64,000 nucleotides of DNA. Origin: the human T2T-CHM13v2.0 reference genome, Homo sapiens. Of the stretch, positions 58,473-64,000 are shown one piece after another. The stretch is from NCBI RefSeq assembly GCF_009914755.1, contig NC_060940.1, one strand, 5' to 3'. Made by a program: the position numbers and the translations under genes. The notes beneath the pieces were generated by a model, which was given only the letters and a program-made list of their open reading frames with translations, was not told the DNA's origin and did no database searches. Numbering within the stretch: position 1 is the stretch's first letter; every line of letters starts with the position of its first letter.

Positions 58473-59739
58473 AGAAGCTAAGGTTTGGTGAAACCTCTAA
58501 GTCCCCAGCTTAGGAAGCCCTTGTCTAGGGCTCCCATCCTTGTTTCTCAAGCACTGCTGCAAAGGAGCCATTATCTACCTCCATTTTACATATGAGGAAA
58601 CAGGCCCAGCAAGGTTGAGTCATTTGTCTGAAATCACACAGCCAATGAATGATGAAGCCTGCTTTTGATCCTCATCTATATGACCAACTTTACATTCTTC
58701 TATGACCCTAGGCTGCCAGGAGAATGGAAGCCAAGGAGAAACACACTCTATCTGCAATCCATCTGAGAAATGGTTGTGAGACATAAGGGGGAAGAGATAC
58801 AGAAGCTGCCACTGCATCTCAGAAAGAAAGATGCTGAGGAACCCACAGCAGAGACAAGCTGGGAGTCAGTGTCACTGAGCAGATGCCCATGCTAGGCACA
58901 CTACCATAGCTTCTCCTGCCTGGGCTGTGGGGCATCCTGGCTGTCACGTATATGAAGGGACTTGCCTGAGCTTCCACAGCTCCTGCCTTTCTGCACTGCA
59001 TTCTAGCTCGGGTTTCTGGATGTTAAATTCCAGCCTTGTCTCATGGTGCCACTGGGCTTCCTCCTCATCCCTGAGATTCTGGCCCCTCCTCAGCCAGGAG
59101 GCTATGCATTCTGGAAGGCACGAATTGTGGCTTAATTTTCCCTGGATGCCCAAGTTTCACATAGCTCCTGGCAAGCTCACAATGCAGGCTTCACACATAG
59201 GCAATAAGCGTATTCCTCCTAACAGAGAGGGCCAGGCTCTTTGCAAACCCCAAGGCATCAGGGCAGGAGAGTAATCCATTAGGGGGGACAGTTAGGGAAG
59301 CTGAGCAAAGAAAGGGAAATGATGCCCATGGCCTTGCCCCTGGGAAAATGTGTGGGTGGGCATAAGACTCCTAAGGCCAGTGCATGTTCATAGCATAGAA
59401 TCCTAGAGAGAGAGCAAAGCAGAGAGCAGAACTAGGGCATAAGGAGAGACAGACACACACACAGGTGTGTCACCTTACACAGGTGAGGCCAAGGCAGAGC
59501 CTCCAAGCCCAAGCAGTGAGAAGAAGAGACAGGGCTTTGGCTTAAGGGCACTCAGGAAGATGAAGTCCCCAAGGCAGCCACTGAAGACCCACGCCTCCTG
59601 CTTAAGCTGGGAACAACCCAAGTGGGTTTGAAAGTCCTAAAAGGAAGCAGACACACATGGAGACAGGGATTTGTCTCCAGAGAGTTTGTCAGCCTAGGAG
59701 TTCATCTTCCAAATGCATTCAAGTCACTCTGCTTTTTCA

Positions 59740-60105
<366 letters not shown>

Positions 60106-60159
60106 TCAGCACCAGAGTCAGGGTGGTGAATCTCACTGCAAACCCAGCCCCACAAAACT

Positions 60160-60525
60160 CTCTTCCAGTTTCTAAAGCAGACCAAGCTCTGTCTTGCCTG
60201 AGGCTCTTTGCATTGGATGTTCCCTGTGTCTGTCTTGTGCCCCATCTCCCTCCATAGTCATAGAGCTGGTAGTGTCTCACCCTTCAGATCTCAATTTATC
60301 TGGCTGGGTCTCCCATCCCATATTGCCCATCAGAGTGCCAGGTTTGGATTTGCTACTGCTGTTGCAGTTGTCATTGTCTTGCTGTTGCCATCTGTCTCCA
60401 GCTGTAATATAAAGTCCATGACAGCAGGAGTCAGGTGTGACTGGTTCATCCTTCCATTCCCAGCCTTAAGTATCATGCCTAGGACATAGACAGGGCTCAG
60501 TAAATGTTTGAGAATGAAGGAATGC
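60160..60525 (+). mobile_element. L2 3' fragment
   Basis: aagtccatgacagcagg...cccagcc...tgcctaggacatagacagggctcagtaaatgtttgagaatgaa. Confidence 0.75.
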
Positions 60526-60883
60526 GTTCACAGTGTGATATGCAAGAGCATTAATAAGGCGTACCTAAAGGGATTAAAATCCAACAATTTGTTCTCACAC
60601 TGCATAGGGTGCTCCTGCCTGTTTGGATAAGCAAACCAGGCCACGGGCAAGGAACAAAGCATTGGAAACAGATCAAAGCTCCCAGCAAGCAAGTCCAAGA
60701 GGTCCCTGTCCCTTTTACCCCTTGGCAGGAAGGCAGCGTCTTGTATAAAATTAGAACAAATGTAGTTTCAAAACTCCACATTCCGAGATACAAATTTTGC
60801 AACCATTAACCTCAGTTCCTATAACTGTATAAAGGAGAGTGAAGCCACCTGCCATTAATATTGCCATGAGTATTGAGTTAGAG

Positions 60884-61073
60884 CAGAGTTTCAACTGGGG
60901 GTGATTTTGTTCCTCAGAGGACACTGGACAACATCTGAAGCCATTTTTAGTTGTCACAATTGGGGAGATCCTAGGGATGCTGTTAATCCCCCTGCAATAC
61001 ACAAGACAGCTGCCCTCCACAAAGAATGATACTCAGCCCAAAACGTCAACAGTTGTGAGGTCCAGAAATACTG
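60884..61073 (+). mobile_element. MER20 (hAT-Charlie), internally deleted
   Basis: tcaactgggggtgattttg...gttgtcacaa...aaagaatgat...gcccaaaacgtcaa; perfect 8-bp TSD agttagag. Confidence 0.92.
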
Positions 61074-61183
61074 AGTTAGAGAATTGCAGTTGTATAGGAA
61101 GCATCTCTAGCTCTCCCTTCTCCATGACCAGCTCCACCTGCAAGCAACTGTGAGAAGTCCAACAGCCTCTTCCGAATACTTAC

Positions 61184-61438
61184 TGAATTATCCTCTGCTA
61201 GGACTCAGCCCCGCTATGTACCTCATCTGGCTTGCCTGTCTTCTAATTATTAAGGTCCTTTTTGCACATCGGCATCCGCCGAAATGCCTCCACCCATTCT
61301 CTCCACTGTTAGTGGTCTTCCTTCTGTTGCACTACATATCTACAGGAGCAAATGCCAGCACAAATGCAGCTGAGGCTTCCTCCTTCAACATTGCCCCTTC
61401 CTCCAGCCGTCCGATGCTTTGTCACAAAGCATCGCCTC
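61184..61438 (-). other. Candidate 255-nt non-coding (5'UTR-like) exon
   Basis: Acceptor ttgtctctttag|GAG, donor TCA|gtaagt; purine-rich, several retained CpGs; stops in the frames that would continue downstream. Confidence 0.35.
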
Positions 61439-62274
61439 CTAAAGAGACAACTTGATTGATGAAAAAGCAGAGAGCTTCCTAGGCGGACAAATCTAGAGTC
61501 CTAATTATGTAGTTTCTTCCTAATTGTCTGGCTTTTCTCATCTGGAAAATGGGCACAATCGAATCCATGTATCAGGATCTGCTTGGATATTTGAGGCACG
61601 GTATGTGATGTGTTGCATACAGTAGGCAATAAAATGCGACATTCACATGCAGAGCTTCTGATATATCAAATACAAAATCAAGCTCTCTTTGGCAGAGTAG
61701 GGTTTTTAATTCCTTGAGAGCCAAGCACACTGCCAGGTGGGATAGGAAGACATCTGACTTTAAGGTGTATATTTAGAAGAGAACATTATCTTCCAGAGAT
61801 TTTTCTGTTTCATCACTCTACTTATGCAAAATTAAATGGGTTCTTTCAGTAGTAGTTTTACAGCATGAATTCCTCAGCTCTTCTGATCTGATTATACCTC
61901 CTAACTGTGGATCTACCACCTACCACTGTGATGCATGCCAGGCTACCTGGGGAAACTGCCATTGCCTGGTCTGCACTCTATCTATAGCTGCTTGAGAATG
62001 GTGTGCATATGAGGGCAGAGAGGATCTATAATAATAACCAACTTAAGAAAACAAGCAGGCTCGCTCTTTATACTCCCAGTTGTAATTTTGTGAGCACCTA
62101 GTGAATCTAGAAGCAGAGCGATAAAGGATCATGGTGACTTAGAGGAGTGGGCAAGAAAGGATTCACCTCCAGGCTATTTTGGCTAGTCCTGCAGAGACAG
62201 GGGCATAGATTCAGGCCACCTGTGGGCACTCATGGGTTTCTTTGCATGTAGTGTTAGTCTTGATGGAGAGTGGA

Positions 62275-62642
62275 TGTATTAGTCTGTTCTCACGTTGCGT
62301 TGCTTATAAAGACATACCCAAGACTGGGTCATGTATAAAGGAGAGAGATTTAATGGACTCACAGTTCAGCATGGCTGGGGAGGCCTCACAATCATGGCAG
62401 AAGGCAAAGGAGAAGCAAAGGCGGATCTTACACGGCAGCAGACAAGAGCGTGAGAGGTAGCAGGTGGAACCCCAGAGTCTTATAAAACCACCAGATCTCG
62501 TGAGAACTCACTATCATGAGAACAGTATGGGGGAAACTGCCCCCATGATTTAATTATCTCCACCTGGTCCCACCCTTGACACATGGGGATTATTACAGTT
62601 CAAGGTGAGATTTGGGTGGGGATACATAGCCAAACCATATCA
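62275..62642 (-). mobile_element. THE1 (D-like) solo LTR
   Basis: tgtattagtctgttctcac...gccaaaccatatca; TSD gtgga/gtggg. Confidence 0.93.
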
Positions 62643-62654
62643 GTGGGGGAGTGC

Positions 62655-63317
<663 letters not shown>

Positions 63318-63739
63318 GAGAATATGATAACCTTTCGCTGAAGAAACTCAACTACTAGCACATGTTTCCAAACTGATTACATATGTCCTATTCTATTACA
63401 TCATTAGGTTTCGGTCTAAAATCCCCCCTACCCCCAAGGGAACTCAGGAGAGGAGACCCTCAGAACACCCATGTCCTTCCATCTCATCTCCATTAAGCCT
63501 TACTCCAAAACACAAATGACCAAACAGAAGACGCTGCCAGATCTTTATCCGCTTACTCTAAAGAAAGTCTTGCTAATGTGTGCAGCTGTCCAAAGATAGA
63601 GGACTGCCTCAGGAGGCAGCCAGGTTTCCATCTCTGGAAGCAGTCAAGTAGAGGTGAGCTAGCAATTTAGTAGAAAAAGCAGACGGCTGTGGCTGAGATT
63701 TATCCACAGACACAAGGAACGGCGACTTGAGGAGGCCAG

Positions 63740-63978
63740 CTGACAGGAGCAGCTGAAAAATATTTTATTTCAGTGATTCAGAGTTTAACTACTTCTGAGA
63801 GGCTAGTCACGGCAAAGACTAATCAGACTTAATACGTAAAACATAACCCAGAAACATGCAAACAATAACAGACCATTATCCCAAAGCTGATTGATAGCAG
63901 GGACATCACAAGAGGCCGGGAGCGCCAGAGACCGGGCTTGACTTGGCTGGCTGCTCGCGTCCAGCGAACGGAAGAATT
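63740..63978 (-). other. Candidate terminal exon or CpG-retaining element
   Basis: Acceptor tctcactgtttttag|AAT, AATAAA at 63764-63769 (minus strand), GU-rich sequence downstream, local CpG enrichment. Confidence 0.25.
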
Positions 63979-64000
63979 CTAAAAACAGTGAGATAGACCG

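Noticed and set aside
58700-59600. Possible old ERVL-type LTR relics (also 11080-11340)
   Set aside because: LTR-like in feel, but I cannot assign family or boundaries without a Dfam search.

Overview
Human (hominid) genomic DNA, repeat-rich and intergenic or intronic in character, with no recognisable conserved protein-coding gene. Bases 1-4337 are the 3' 4.3 kb of a young LINE-1 on the + strand. It carries all the L1HS Ta-1 diagnostic bases, and its ORF2 is broken by a 1-bp deletion near 3539. The rest is a mosaic of Alus (J, S and Y), MIR/L2/L3 relics, MaLR and ERV solo LTRs (THE1, MST, MLT1, MER21, MER66) and DNA-transposon MITEs (MER1B, MER20, MER58A, MER5A, MER85, MER94, MER104-like); many have readable target-site duplications (TSDs). 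Apart from L1, the short ORFs in the track look like chance or repeat-derived frames. Best leads: (1) a chain of minus-strand candidate exons in unique DNA whose splice phases join into a continuous ~145-codon frame (111 aa from the first ATG), possibly a lncRNA or a young/de novo microprotein gene; (2) a 91-bp dispersed duplication whose six differences are all T in one copy and C in the other; (3) an AluY inserted into the TSD of an older arm-recombined Alu, leaving three copies of the target site. Repeat subfamily names come from recalled consensus sequences, and boundaries of old repeats are approximate. I see no firm evidence of a new biological system; the exon chain is a hypothesis to test.
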